Of a stretch of DNA of 33,751 bases, positions 1 to 8,205 are shown in pieces. The position numbers and the translations under genes are program-made. Location of the stretch: IMG/VR virus record IMGVR_UViG_3300032253_000026, positions 1 to 33,751 of that record, one strand, 5' to 3'. Origin of the DNA: a virus. Taxonomy: Duplodnaviria > Caudoviricetes. The first letter of the stretch is position 1. The number at the start of each line of letters is the position of its first letter. A model generated the notes under the pieces. It was not told the origin of the DNA. It ran no database searches and was given only the letters and a program-made list of their open reading frames with translations.

Positions 1-282
1 CAAGCGAATAGAGATAAAGTTTTAAACGACAGAGAGTTTTTTAAGAATATTGACTATAAATCACTCAAAAATGTAGAAAATGAGTTAGTCTTAACAAAGC
101 AACAAGTCTATGTGCTGAATAAGCTCGGTGGCGGTGAATGGCTTATAAATATAAAGTTCATCGTAAACCCGAACGACATTTATACAAAGATTGAAAAGAT
201 TATAAAGCAAGCTTTGCAAGAGAAAAGCATTAAGAAAAATCAAATCGGGCATATTGAAACCGATGTGAAAAGAATTACATAA
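1..282 (+). CDS. 3' end of a hypothetical phage protein (truncated by window edge)
   Basis: Frame 1 is open from base 1 to TAA at 280-282 (QANRDKVLND...LNKLGGGEWL...ETDVKRIT). Confidence 0.75.
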   Translation, partial: QANRDKVLNDREFFKNIDYKSLKNVENELVLTKQQVYVLNKLGGGEWLINIKFIVNPNDIYTKIEKIIKQALQEKSIKKNQIGHIETDVKRIT

Positions 283-294
283 AACATAAATAAT

Positions 295-357
295 TTAAGC
301 AAAGATTTATTCTTTGTGGTTTACAATTAGACATATCAAAAAAGAGAGGTCGAAATG
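295..357 (+). promoter_or_regulatory. Early-type sigma70 promoter plus conserved RBS module
   Basis: TTAAGC (295-300)-N21-TACAAT (322-327), then AAAAAAGAGAGGTCGAAATG; nearly the same layout occurs at 7384-7447. Confidence 0.75.
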
Positions 358-1023
358 AACTTGTTAGACAATGAATCCGCTTCAGTAAAGCAAGCGGTTA
401 TGGATATTAAAGCTATTTGTGGGAGATTAGAAACACTTGAAATTTCCGAAAAAGTAGAGGCTATTAATAAAATAAGAGCAGAGATACATAATATAAGCCC
501 TTTCAATACCGAGCCAGTCGATTTTGTAAGATGGGAAATAAACACAAATGTAACATCGAACGACTACAACCCTAATACAGTTGCACCGCCTGAAATGGAA
601 CTGCTTAGACATTCAATCGCACACGATGGATATACTCAACCTATTGTAGGATGGAAACAAGAAGTAGGCTATGAAGTAATCGACGGCTTCCATAGGCACA
701 GAGTAGGCAAAGAATGTGCAGAGATACAAAGCAGAGTTCACGGCTACTTACCTATCGTGCAAATACATGAAGACAACGAAGGCAAAAACGACAGAGTAGC
801 TTCGACAATCAGACACAACCGAGCAAGAGGAAAGCACAGAGTTGAAGCAATGGCTGATATTGTTTTGGATTTAAAGAAAAGAAATTGGTCGGATAAAAAA
901 ATCTCTAAAGAATTAGGAATGGAACAAGATGAAGTTCTAAGATTATCTCAGATTACTGGGCTAATGGAAGCCTTTGCAGATCAAGAATTTTCAGAAGCTT
1001 GGGAAATAAAAGATGAAGATTAG
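355..1023 (+). CDS. ibrB: IbrB/YbdM-like ParB/Srx-domain protein
   Basis: Motifs NDYNPNxVAPPEMxLL, DGYTQPIV, VIDGFHRH, STIRHNRARGKH; C-terminal HTH-like segment (WSDKKISKELGMEQDEVLRL). Confidence 0.9.
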   Translation: MNLLDNESASVKQAVMDIKAICGRLETLEISEKVEAINKIRAEIHNISPFNTEPVDFVRWEINTNVTSNDYNPNTVAPPEMELLRHSIAHDGYTQPIVGWKQEVGYEVIDGFHRHRVGKECAEIQSRVHGYLPIVQIHEDNEGKNDRVASTIRHNRARGKHRVEAMADIVLDLKKRNWSDKKISKELGMEQDEVLRLSQITGLMEAFADQEFSEAWEIKDED

Positions 1024-1405
1024 CCAAATATTTCACCATTATAAAAAATGGGAAGATTGGAAAGGCGGTCTTTATGACTCGAATTGTGATAGGTTTGATG
1101 AAAAGTTAAACCTAAGCAAAGAAGTTCTAGAAGATGAAAATTTATTTTTAGAAGTAGCCAAAGACATGGTTTCATCTTGGATTTATTCATCTGAACAAAA
1201 TTTAAGTGATAGGTCTATGAATAGGCAAGCGTGGATAGGTCAAGCTTCATGTTGTTTCAATCACGGTGCGCCTGATTATGTGACTATACAGGCTTGGTGG
1301 ATGCTAACTGATGAGCAAAGAAGTAAAGCAAATTCCGTTGCTGATAAAGTAATATCAGAGTGGGAGCAAGAATATGTAATGAAGGGGTCATTATGGGGAA
1401 ACTAG
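1013..1405 (+). CDS. Trp-rich hypothetical protein between the ibrB-like and ibrA-like genes
   Basis: 130 aa ORF overlapping both neighbours; motifs HHYKKWEDW and NRQAWIGQASCC. Confidence 0.8.
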   Translation: MKISQIFHHYKKWEDWKGGLYDSNCDRFDEKLNLSKEVLEDENLFLEVAKDMVSSWIYSSEQNLSDRSMNRQAWIGQASCCFNHGAPDYVTIQAWWMLTDEQRSKANSVADKVISEWEQEYVMKGSLWGN

Positions 1406-2628
1406 GAATAGGAAAAAATGTACTTGAAGCTTCAATAGAGAGAGTTAAGTGGACATTTGATAATTTTGAAAAAGTGTACCTTAGTTTTAGTGCAGGTAAA
1501 GACAGCACGGTTATGCTTCACATCGTCGCCCAAGAAGCAAGAAGAAGAGGAGTTAAGATTGGTTTGTTGTTGGTTGACTTAGAAGGTCAATATAAAATGA
1601 CGATTGAACACGCAGAGGAAATGTTAAAGCTTTATGCAGATGTGCTTGAAGTGTATTGGATAGCATTGCCTTTAAGTCTTAGAAATGCTGTGAGTGTATA
1701 TGAGCCTCAATGGACTTGCTTTGATAAGGACAGAAAAGAAGATTGGATAAGGGAAGCCCCTGGTTATGCAATCGACGATGAGAGTTACTTTGACTTTTTT
1801 GTTAAGGGAATGGAATTTGAAGATTTTGTTCCTAAGTTTGGTGAATGGTACTCGGAGGGGAAAAGCACAGCTTGTCTGGTTGGCATTAGAACAGATGAGA
1901 GCTTAAACCGATGGAGAACTATCGCAAGCAAGACAAAGATAACTAAAGACGATAAGCAATACACGACAAAGGTTACTGAAAATGTTTTTAACGTGTATCC
2001 TATTTATGATTGGAGAACAGAAGACATATGGGTATATCATGTAAAAAACCCATCTTGTAGATACAACGAACTGTACGAGTTTATGAATAAAGCAGGTTTA
2101 TCAATCCATCAACAAAGAATTTGCCAACCTTATGGCGACGATCAAAGACGCGGTTTGTGGCTATTTCATTTAATCGAGCCTAACACGTGGGCGAAGATTG
2201 TATCTAGAGTTAGTGGTGCTAATTCGGGCTCTTTATACGTTCAAGAATCGGGAAATATTAATGGTTACAACAAGATTACTTTACCGCCTAACCATACATG
2301 GCAAAGCTTCTCTAAAATGCTAATCGAGTCTATGCCCCCACAAACAAAAGAGCATTATGAAGTAAAAATAGCTACTTTTATAGATTGGTGGTCATCAAGA
2401 GGCTATGAAAACGGAATACCCGACGAAGCAGACAGTAAGCTAGAAACCGCAAAGAAAGTTCCATCTTGGAGAAGGATTTGTAAATCTCTTTTGAGAAATG
2501 ACTACTGGATGAAAGGGCTTAGTTTTACTCAGCATAAAACAGAGGCTTATAAAAAGTATTTAGCTATGAAAAAAAGAAAAATAGAAGATGGAAAACTAAA
2601 TAGTCTTTATTCTGTGGAGAGTGTTTAA
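1393..2628 (+). CDS. ibrA: IbrA/YbdN-like PAPS-reductase (PP-loop) / DUF3440 protein
   Basis: PP-loop SFSAGKDS, LVGIRTDESLNR, YPIYDW, QRICQPYGDDQRRGL, VPSWRRICK; start taken at ATG 1393 after GAAGGGG. Confidence 0.9.
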   Translation: MGKLGIGKNVLEASIERVKWTFDNFEKVYLSFSAGKDSTVMLHIVAQEARRRGVKIGLLLVDLEGQYKMTIEHAEEMLKLYADVLEVYWIALPLSLRNAVSVYEPQWTCFDKDRKEDWIREAPGYAIDDESYFDFFVKGMEFEDFVPKFGEWYSEGKSTACLVGIRTDESLNRWRTIASKTKITKDDKQYTTKVTENVFNVYPIYDWRTEDIWVYHVKNPSCRYNELYEFMNKAGLSIHQQRICQPYGDDQRRGLWLFHLIEPNTWAKIVSRVSGANSGSLYVQESGNINGYNKITLPPNHTWQSFSKMLIESMPPQTKEHYEVKIATFIDWWSSRGYENGIPDEADSKLETAKKVPSWRRICKSLLRNDYWMKGLSFTQHKTEAYKKYLAMKKRKIEDGKLNSLYSVESV

Positions 2629-3110
2629 TGAACAACAACCTAAAAACATCAATCATTTATGCGAGCATGATAGGAAGCTTGCTAAATGAATACGAGCCTA
2701 AAGAAAATAACAGCTCGATAAACGAACTAAAAAAACAGCTTAGAAAGTTTATGCAAAAGAGATCAAAGACGAATACGTCCGAGTTTTTGCAATCTCTTAA
2801 AATAGGTAATGAAGTTTGGATAAAGTCAATAGACCATTTTAAAGAAAACAGCTATCTTATCGAGGCAGTTTCTTTAGTTGTAGCATTATGGAGCAGACAA
2901 GCCGAAACGCTTGCTAAGTTCTGCAACTTAACAGAGAAACGCATTGACGCCTTCGCACTTCAAAATATGAGTGATAATCACACTTTAGAGTCAGAGCAAA
3001 ACTCATACACAGTAGCAAACTATCTAAACTCACAAATAGAAAAGTCTATCGAGCTTTTAGAGTGGCGACAATGGGTTTTAAACAATAATGGAAGGTTTAG
3101 CAATGGATAA
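2628..3110 (+). CDS. Hypothetical protein
   Basis: 160 aa ORF, TAATG stop/start overlap with the upstream gene. Confidence 0.7.
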   Translation: MNNNLKTSIIYASMIGSLLNEYEPKENNSSINELKKQLRKFMQKRSKTNTSEFLQSLKIGNEVWIKSIDHFKENSYLIEAVSLVVALWSRQAETLAKFCNLTEKRIDAFALQNMSDNHTLESEQNSYTVANYLNSQIEKSIELLEWRQWVLNNNGRFSNG

Positions 3111-3318
3111 ACAAGTAATAGCATTAGTAGCGGTATTAGTAACCTTATCCGGTGGATTAGGCTTATCTTTAGTTAATTGCTTCAACGCACAACAAAAAAT
3201 GCTCGACAATCTAAACAATGCATTTATAGAACAGACAAAGCAATACGACAAAGATATAACAAGACTACACAAAGACTATAACGATAGAATTATAGACTTA
3301 ATAATCAAAGGGCAATAA
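3103..3318 (+). CDS. Small membrane protein with coiled-coil tail
   Basis: Hydrophobic N-terminus VIALVAVLVTLSGGLGLSLV; GAAGG RBS before ATG 3103. Confidence 0.65.
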   Translation: MDKQVIALVAVLVTLSGGLGLSLVNCFNAQQKMLDNLNNAFIEQTKQYDKDITRLHKDYNDRIIDLIIKGQ

Positions 3319-3476
3319 TGCGATTTAAACCATATTCAAAAGTAAACGGGCTTAATGTTTCATTCGATACACAGACAAATAAATTTGCACTGATGGACGA
3401 TCAAGGCGAATTATCGTTCTTAGGCTTTAATACTGCATATGACGCGATCAAGTTTGGTACAGATAACAAAAAATGA
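3318..3476 (+). CDS. Hypothetical protein (52 aa, not in ORF track)
   Basis: TAATG coupling; MRFKPYSKVNGLNVSFDTQ...GTDNKK*. Confidence 0.6.
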   Translation: MRFKPYSKVNGLNVSFDTQTNKFALMDDQGELSFLGFNTAYDAIKFGTDNKK

Positions 3477-3482
3477 TATAAT
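3474..3482 (+). promoter_or_regulatory. Extended -10 promoter
   Basis: TGATATAAT (TGn-TATAAT) immediately upstream of a structured leader. Confidence 0.6.
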
Positions 3483-3503
3483 ATCATCATAGTTCAGAAC
3501 TAG

Positions 3504-3526
3504 ACCGCCTCTTTTTGCGAGGCGGT
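3504..3526 (+). terminator. GC-rich hairpin (terminator/attenuator-like)
   Basis: ACCGCCTC-N7-GAGGCGGT; no immediate U-tract. Confidence 0.5.
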
Positions 3527-3529
3527 ACG

Positions 3530-3608
3530 AAGTTTTTAATAGTGGCATATTTCGGCTTTGTCGAGCCTTCCAACTATGCCACGATTAAAGAGTTTGGAAA
3601 ATCGACAA
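3530..3608 (+). ncRNA. Putative structured leader RNA A (hairpin with loop-downstream pairing)
   Basis: Stem TTTTAAT-A-GTGGCATA / TATGCCAC-G-ATTAAAG; loop TTGTCGA and TTCCAA are complementary to TCGACAA (3602-3608) and TTGGAA (3594-3599). Confidence 0.55.
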
Positions 3609-3667
3609 TCCCTCTTTTAATTTAATTCACATATTTTTCACATTGTGAATAACTAAGGTTTTTTATT

Positions 3668-4063
3668 ATGAAAGCACCATTAGAAACGGACGAGCAAAAA
3701 GCATTCGTGCAATATTTAGAACTTATGAATATAACTTATTATGCAGTACCTAACGGAGCATTCTTAAAAGGTACACCATTACAACGAGCTAAACAGATGA
3801 AGAGATTAAAAGCCGAAGGTTTACAAGTCGGAGTGCCGGACATTGTTTTGTTGTTTGAAGGTGGCTTATCGGTTTATATTGAATTGAAACGAATTAAGGG
3901 CAGCACTACATCAAAAGATCAAAAAGATTGGCAGGAACGCTTAAAAGTATTAGGTTTTAAAGCGTATATCTGCAAGGGAGCAAAAGAAGCAATCGAAGTT
4001 ACTCAAAAATATATTCCTAAGCATAGAGCGAAAGAGAATGCAAAACAAGGAAGCTTAATTTAA
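3668..4063 (+). CDS. VRR-NUC domain (PD-(D/E)XK) nuclease
   Basis: ExxEQ, AVPNG, GVPD...IELK, QxxW motifs. Confidence 0.9.
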   Translation: MKAPLETDEQKAFVQYLELMNITYYAVPNGAFLKGTPLQRAKQMKRLKAEGLQVGVPDIVLLFEGGLSVYIELKRIKGSTTSKDQKDWQERLKVLGFKAYICKGAKEAIEVTQKYIPKHRAKENAKQGSLI

Positions 4064-4395
4064 TGTATACCGTGCCACAAAAGAAAGCCCGACTAAGAAA
4101 CGACATACAACAAGCGTTTAAAGACCCTGATTATCTAACATGGTTGCACGAGGATAAAAAGCCCGTTTGTTTTTCATGTGGAGAGTGCAACGGAATTGAA
4201 TTGCATCATATAAAAGAAGCTTCAAGCGATAAAAAAGACGACAGGTTAGTAATCCCCCTTTGTGGTGTGAAATGTCATCGTTTAGGCACGGAACTATCCG
4301 CACACGGTACACCTTCAAAATTCCGCAATATCTACCCTATACCCCTACAAAAAGAATACGCTAAAGACCTGTATCAAGAATATAATAATAAATAA
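4063..4395 (+). CDS. Zn-binding HNH-like nuclease (DUF968/Ref-like)
   Basis: CxxC, ELHH, IPLCxxxCH, HG motifs. Confidence 0.7.
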   Translation: MYTVPQKKARLRNDIQQAFKDPDYLTWLHEDKKPVCFSCGECNGIELHHIKEASSDKKDDRLVIPLCGVKCHRLGTELSAHGTPSKFRNIYPIPLQKEYAKDLYQEYNNK

Positions 4396-4402
4396 TTTAT
4401 AA

Positions 4403-4466
4403 ATAAGTTAAGCTTAAAGTAAATCATGTTAAAATACCTTATCTTTAAAAAAGAGAGGTCGAAATG
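4403..4466 (+). promoter_or_regulatory. Early-type promoter plus conserved RBS module
   Basis: ATAAGT (4403-4408)-N21-TAAAAT (4430-4435, with TGn extension); AAAAAAGAGAGGTCGAAATG identical to the copy before 355. Confidence 0.7.
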
Positions 4467-4787
4467 TATATACAAAGAACAACGTATGGAGGCGGTCACA
4501 ATCTACCTGATGACTACAAAGTGACAGAGTGCGAACTCATCCAAGACCCTTACGAAGCGGAGCAACTTTTCTTACAACAGCTCGCAGATGGTTTTGAATG
4601 TCAAAGAGAGTTTACAGCTATCGACTGTTATTTAGAGGACGAAATTGATTTAGACGCTTTAGACTTTATGAGTCAAGGAACACTAGACAGTCTTAGTGAA
4701 GCAATAGAAGGAAAAGAGGGAAACTTTACCCTTGAAGAAATCACAAATATTTACAACGATATTTGCACAAAGGAGCGTCAAAAATGA
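4464..4787 (+). CDS. Highly acidic hypothetical protein
   Basis: 107 aa, about 25 D/E versus 7 K/R by manual count; strong RBS. Confidence 0.75.
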   Translation: MYIQRTTYGGGHNLPDDYKVTECELIQDPYEAEQLFLQQLADGFECQREFTAIDCYLEDEIDLDALDFMSQGTLDSLSEAIEGKEGNFTLEEITNIYNDICTKERQK

Positions 4788-5764
4788 AAGAGGCAATCGA
4801 AGCTGAAATATTAGAAGATACAAAAGCACCTGTACTAAAGGATATAAATTATCCTGTATCAATAGTTGATTTAAATAAGTTGTTGGAAGAGTACAAAGAT
4901 ATTCCAACAATAGACCCCGAAAGCGAAGAGGCAAAAGGGCAGTATGATAAAGTTCTAAAAGGTCATAAAGCATTCGTTAGAGCCAGAACTTCTATTGAGA
5001 AGGTTAGAAAAGAACTTAAAGCACCTTCCATTGAGTACGGAAAAAATGTTGATACTATTGCAAAGTCATTCCAAGAGCTAATTAATCCTACCGAAACGCT
5101 TTTATTAGTACAACGTAAAAAGTATGAAGATCACGAAAGACTAAAGCGCGAAGAGGCGGAACAGATAGAACGCGAAAGACGCGACAATATCAGAAGTAAT
5201 ATCGAGTCTTTAAGAAATACGACTTTGTTATATATAAATAGCGATAGCGTTACTATTGCCGAAGCAATATCATTAATTCCAATTCCTGAAAATGATACTT
5301 ATCAAGAGTTTACAGATGAAGCTATCGAAGTGTATAAAAAAACAATTTCACAACTTGAACAAATGCACGAAACAAAGGTTAAAGCTGAAAACGCAGACGC
5401 TATCGAAGCAATACGAAAGGCAGAGGCGGAAGCAAAAGAAGCCGAAGCAAAAGCCGAGATAGAGCGAGAAAGAAAAGCTTTTGAAGCTGAAAAAGCAGAG
5501 TTTCAGAGAGTGAAAGACGCAGAAGCCGAAAAAGTACGCTTGCAGCAAGAAGAGATAAACCGTCAGAATGCCGAGCGTGAAACGAAAGAACTTATGGAGC
5601 AACAGGAAGAGGAGCGAATAGCAAAAGAGAAAGAGAACGCAAAGCACAAAGAAAAGTGCATAGCTGAAACTTTGGAAGCAATGGAAAAATACACCGATAA
5701 CGGATTAATGCTAAATGAGATCATTGCCGGAGTAATTCCTAATTTAAAATGGGAGATAAACTAA
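4784..5764 (+). CDS. Coiled-coil protein of the recombination module
   Basis: ATGA overlap, AGGAG RBS; RTSIEKVRKELKAP motif and long E/K/R/A helix, typical of genes upstream of phage annealases. Confidence 0.75.
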   Translation: MKEAIEAEILEDTKAPVLKDINYPVSIVDLNKLLEEYKDIPTIDPESEEAKGQYDKVLKGHKAFVRARTSIEKVRKELKAPSIEYGKNVDTIAKSFQELINPTETLLLVQRKKYEDHERLKREEAEQIERERRDNIRSNIESLRNTTLLYINSDSVTIAEAISLIPIPENDTYQEFTDEAIEVYKKTISQLEQMHETKVKAENADAIEAIRKAEAEAKEAEAKAEIERERKAFEAEKAEFQRVKDAEAEKVRLQQEEINRQNAERETKELMEQQEEERIAKEKENAKHKEKCIAETLEAMEKYTDNGLMLNEIIAGVIPNLKWEIN

Positions 5765-5765
5765 A

Positions 5766-6407
5766 ATGGATAATAAGCACTTTAAAGAGTTAATTACGGT
5801 AAATATGAACGCACACGTTAAGAAGCTTCAATCGCAGTCTTATATATCATGGGTAGATCAGTGGGCGCAACTTAAGAAGCTATATCCTAATGCCTCTTAT
5901 CAGATATTAGAGAATAGCGACGGGCTACCGTATTTCGCTTCTAAGATAGGTATTTTTGTTAAAGTATCCGTAACAATAGAAGGCGAAACAATTACAGAGG
6001 TTTATCCCGTTCTTAATTCGGCAAATAAAGCTTTAAAAGAAGAGTCTTATACTTACCAAGTCAAAGAGTATGTAAATAGACAGGCTACCGGCAAGATGAT
6101 AGAAAAAAGAATAGATGCAGTAACAACTTTTGATATTAATACATCAATAAAACGATGTCTAGCTAAATGTATCGCTTTACATGGTTTAGGGCTTTACATA
6201 TACAGAGACGAGACAATGCCGGAAGTAGAACTTATAAGCTCCGACCAACTGCACGAAATAACAAATTTATGCAGCGAGTTAAATGTAAGTCTAAAGGAAC
6301 TTTCAACAGCGTTTATCATTAAAACACCGTCCGAATTTCACGCAACAACTTTCGAAAGTGCTATTCAATGGATTAAGGACAATGCAAAGAACAACAAATC
6401 AAAATAG
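5766..6407 (+). CDS. Single-strand annealing protein (DUF1071/Sak3-like)
   Basis: YISWxxxW..LKK.YP.A.Y, VxVTIEG, FDINTSIKRCLAKCIALHGLGLYIY. Confidence 0.85.
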   Translation: MDNKHFKELITVNMNAHVKKLQSQSYISWVDQWAQLKKLYPNASYQILENSDGLPYFASKIGIFVKVSVTIEGETITEVYPVLNSANKALKEESYTYQVKEYVNRQATGKMIEKRIDAVTTFDINTSIKRCLAKCIALHGLGLYIYRDETMPEVELISSDQLHEITNLCSELNVSLKELSTAFIIKTPSEFHATTFESAIQWIKDNAKNNKSK

Positions 6408-6678
6408 GCTTTATCATGCCTATATTAAAGAGTTATTCAATAGCGGAGAGGTTATTGTTTATGACGGACGCTTTCAGGCTTTAGGCTATCCTAATCCTCT
6501 TAGAATACGTCCTGCAATGTTTGGACTAATGGGCTTTAGAAACTTAATGAAACAAGTCGATGTACAGTTCCCGAAAAACGAAAACGGTTTAGCTTTGTCA
6601 AGCACGAAGCTATCAATAGAACAGATGATAAGCCACGTTAATTTTTTAGAAGTGCTTTTATCTGAAATGAAAGGTTAA
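6382..6678 (+). CDS. NinB/Orf-like protein
   Basis: N-terminal RTTNQNRLYH and C-terminal SSTKLS..QM resemble NinB motifs; lies between the annealase and ssb genes. Confidence 0.5.
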   Translation: MQRTTNQNRLYHAYIKELFNSGEVIVYDGRFQALGYPNPLRIRPAMFGLMGFRNLMKQVDVQFPKNENGLALSSTKLSIEQMISHVNFLEVLLSEMKG

Positions 6679-6679
6679 T

Positions 6680-7186
6680 ATGTATAACAAAGTAGTATTA
6701 GTCGGTAATCTGACAAGAGACGTAGAGTTGAGATATGGTCAAAGTGGAAATGCAATAGCAAGCACCGCGATAGCAACATCACATAAGTTTACTTCAAACG
6801 GAGAAAAAAAAGAGGAAGTATGTTACACGGACATAACTTTTTTTGGTAAAAGTGGCGAGATAGCAAATCAGTATTTAAGACGAGGGAGCAAGATACTTAT
6901 TGAAGGACGGTTAAAATTCGATCAATGGGTAGATCAAAACGGTAATAAGCGTTCAAAGCACACTGTAATAGTAGAGCAAATGAAAATGCTAGACAGCAAA
7001 TCAGATGCACAAAACGGACAGCAACAAAGCCAAGAACAGCAACAGCCAAGCAATTACCAACAGCGACAGCAACAACAAAGCCAAGCTCCACAACAGCAAC
7101 AGCCTCAACAACAAAACCAACAGCAACAAAATCAACAAAATTCAATCCCTGAAATGAGTACAGATGAAGACGAAATCCCATTTTAA
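6680..7186 (+). CDS. ssb: Single-stranded DNA-binding protein
   Basis: NKVVLVGNLTRDVELRY OB-fold, Q-rich linker, acidic tip DEDEIPF. Confidence 0.97.
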   Translation: MYNKVVLVGNLTRDVELRYGQSGNAIASTAIATSHKFTSNGEKKEEVCYTDITFFGKSGEIANQYLRRGSKILIEGRLKFDQWVDQNGNKRSKHTVIVEQMKMLDSKSDAQNGQQQSQEQQQPSNYQQRQQQQSQAPQQQQPQQQNQQQQNQQNSIPEMSTDEDEIPF

Positions 7187-7340
7187 AATACAAAAGAAAG
7201 CAAAACAAGCTTTTAAAAAGTCATTATGCCTAATTAAAGGGCATAAGACAACATCCCACGAAAACAAATACTCATATAAAAGTGTAACCGTCATAGAGTG
7301 TGACAGATGCAAAAAAATATCCTTCATGGAGTGGAAATAA
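7164..7340 (+). CDS. Small Zn-binding protein (DUF1660-like; not in ORF track)
   Basis: 58 aa, LCLIKGH...CDRC motif. Confidence 0.55.
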   Translation: MKTKSHFKIQKKAKQAFKKSLCLIKGHKTTSHENKYSYKSVTVIECDRCKKISFMEWK

Positions 7341-7383
7341 ATCCGCTTCACTTCCTTAATAAAATACATATAATATAAATAAT

Positions 7384-7447
7384 TTAAGCAAACTGTAACC
7401 TTTTGTTTCGTACAATTAAGAACATCAAAAAAAGAGAGGTCAAAATG
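7384..7447 (+). promoter_or_regulatory. Early-type promoter plus conserved RBS module
   Basis: TTAAGC (7384-7389)-N21-TACAAT (7411-7416); AAAAAAAGAGAGGTCAAAATG. Confidence 0.75.
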
Positions 7448-7528
7448 ATGAGATTATACAAAGAAATGTCGCTACTCGCAAAGGGTAGTATTAACGCATT
7501 AGTAGCGTTTTTACTTTTAAAGGATTGA
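7445..7528 (+). CDS. 27-aa hydrophobic peptide
   Basis: ATG directly after the conserved RBS; MMRLYKEMSLLAKGSINALVAFLLLKD*. Confidence 0.5.
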   Translation: MMRLYKEMSLLAKGSINALVAFLLLKD

Positions 7529-7529
7529 A

Positions 7530-7736
7530 ATGTATTTTGAAATAAACAGCGAACAAGATTTATCCGAATTAGGGGTAGATTTTGCAAAAAGCCAAGATCA
7601 GCAAGACGTATTCGAGTTTTTAAGCGGTGCTTTCGGTGCAATGGATAAAGAGGACAGAAAAAACTTTTTATCTTATGCGACAGAGTTCCACGAGTTTAAG
7701 AAACAGTTTGAGGGAATTGAAAATGATAACAGTTAA
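7530..7736 (+). CDS. Acidic hypothetical protein
   Basis: 68 aa, AAGGA RBS. Confidence 0.65.
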   Translation: MYFEINSEQDLSELGVDFAKSQDQQDVFEFLSGAFGAMDKEDRKNFLSYATEFHEFKKQFEGIENDNS

Positions 7737-8205
7737 AGAAGTAAGAGAAGATCTGGAGAAAGCACCAAAATTTTTGATCTATAAAAAAGATCCTTATGTG
7801 ATATTAGGCAAAGAGAACAATGTTCTTTGGTCTGGAGATCTTGAAGATTTTAAGAACGGAATAGTTATCTCCAGTGGGTACTACGATCAGTGCGAGATCC
7901 AAGCAAGACAGAATGATATCTATTTAGCCGACAACACCAGAATGTGCGAAGTTCCTAGAAGTCATGGGTACAGAACAGATGGGTCAAAGTTTGGAAAACC
8001 TAAACTCGTAGAGCGTATTACTTGTAAATGGTTTAGAGTTGATGAAGATGAATACGGCAATGTTTATAACTCTGAATGTGGGTTTGATTTTACCTTTTCA
8101 GATGAAAGAGATGGTTTAACAGAACATAATTTTACTTATTGCCCAAAATGTTCCAAAAGAATAGTAGAAACTAATCAGAAGGATAACCAATGTACGACTC
8201 ATTAA
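7723..8205 (+). CDS. Hypothetical protein with C-terminal Zn-ribbon
   Basis: Start at ATG 7723 after GAGGGA; ECG...YCPKC motif. Confidence 0.7.
   Translation: MITVKEVREDLEKAPKFLIYKKDPYVILGKENNVLWSGDLEDFKNGIVISSGYYDQCEIQARQNDIYLADNTRMCEVPRSHGYRTDGSKFGKPKLVERITCKWFRVDEDEYGNVYNSECGFDFTFSDERDGLTEHNFTYCPKCSKRIVETNQKDNQCTTH

Noticed and set aside
355-1023. ParB as evidence of a plasmid-prophage partition system
   Set aside because: The protein has IbrB-type motifs and is linked to an IbrA-like gene; no ParA or parS array seen.
3549-3560. Leader A loop (ATTTCGGCTTT) as antisense to the conserved GAGGTCGAAAT RBS module
   Set aside because: Only 11 bp with three G-U pairs; too likely by chance to claim.
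7015-7140. CAA/CAG-rich repeats
   Set aside because: Explained by the Gln-rich disordered linker of SSB.
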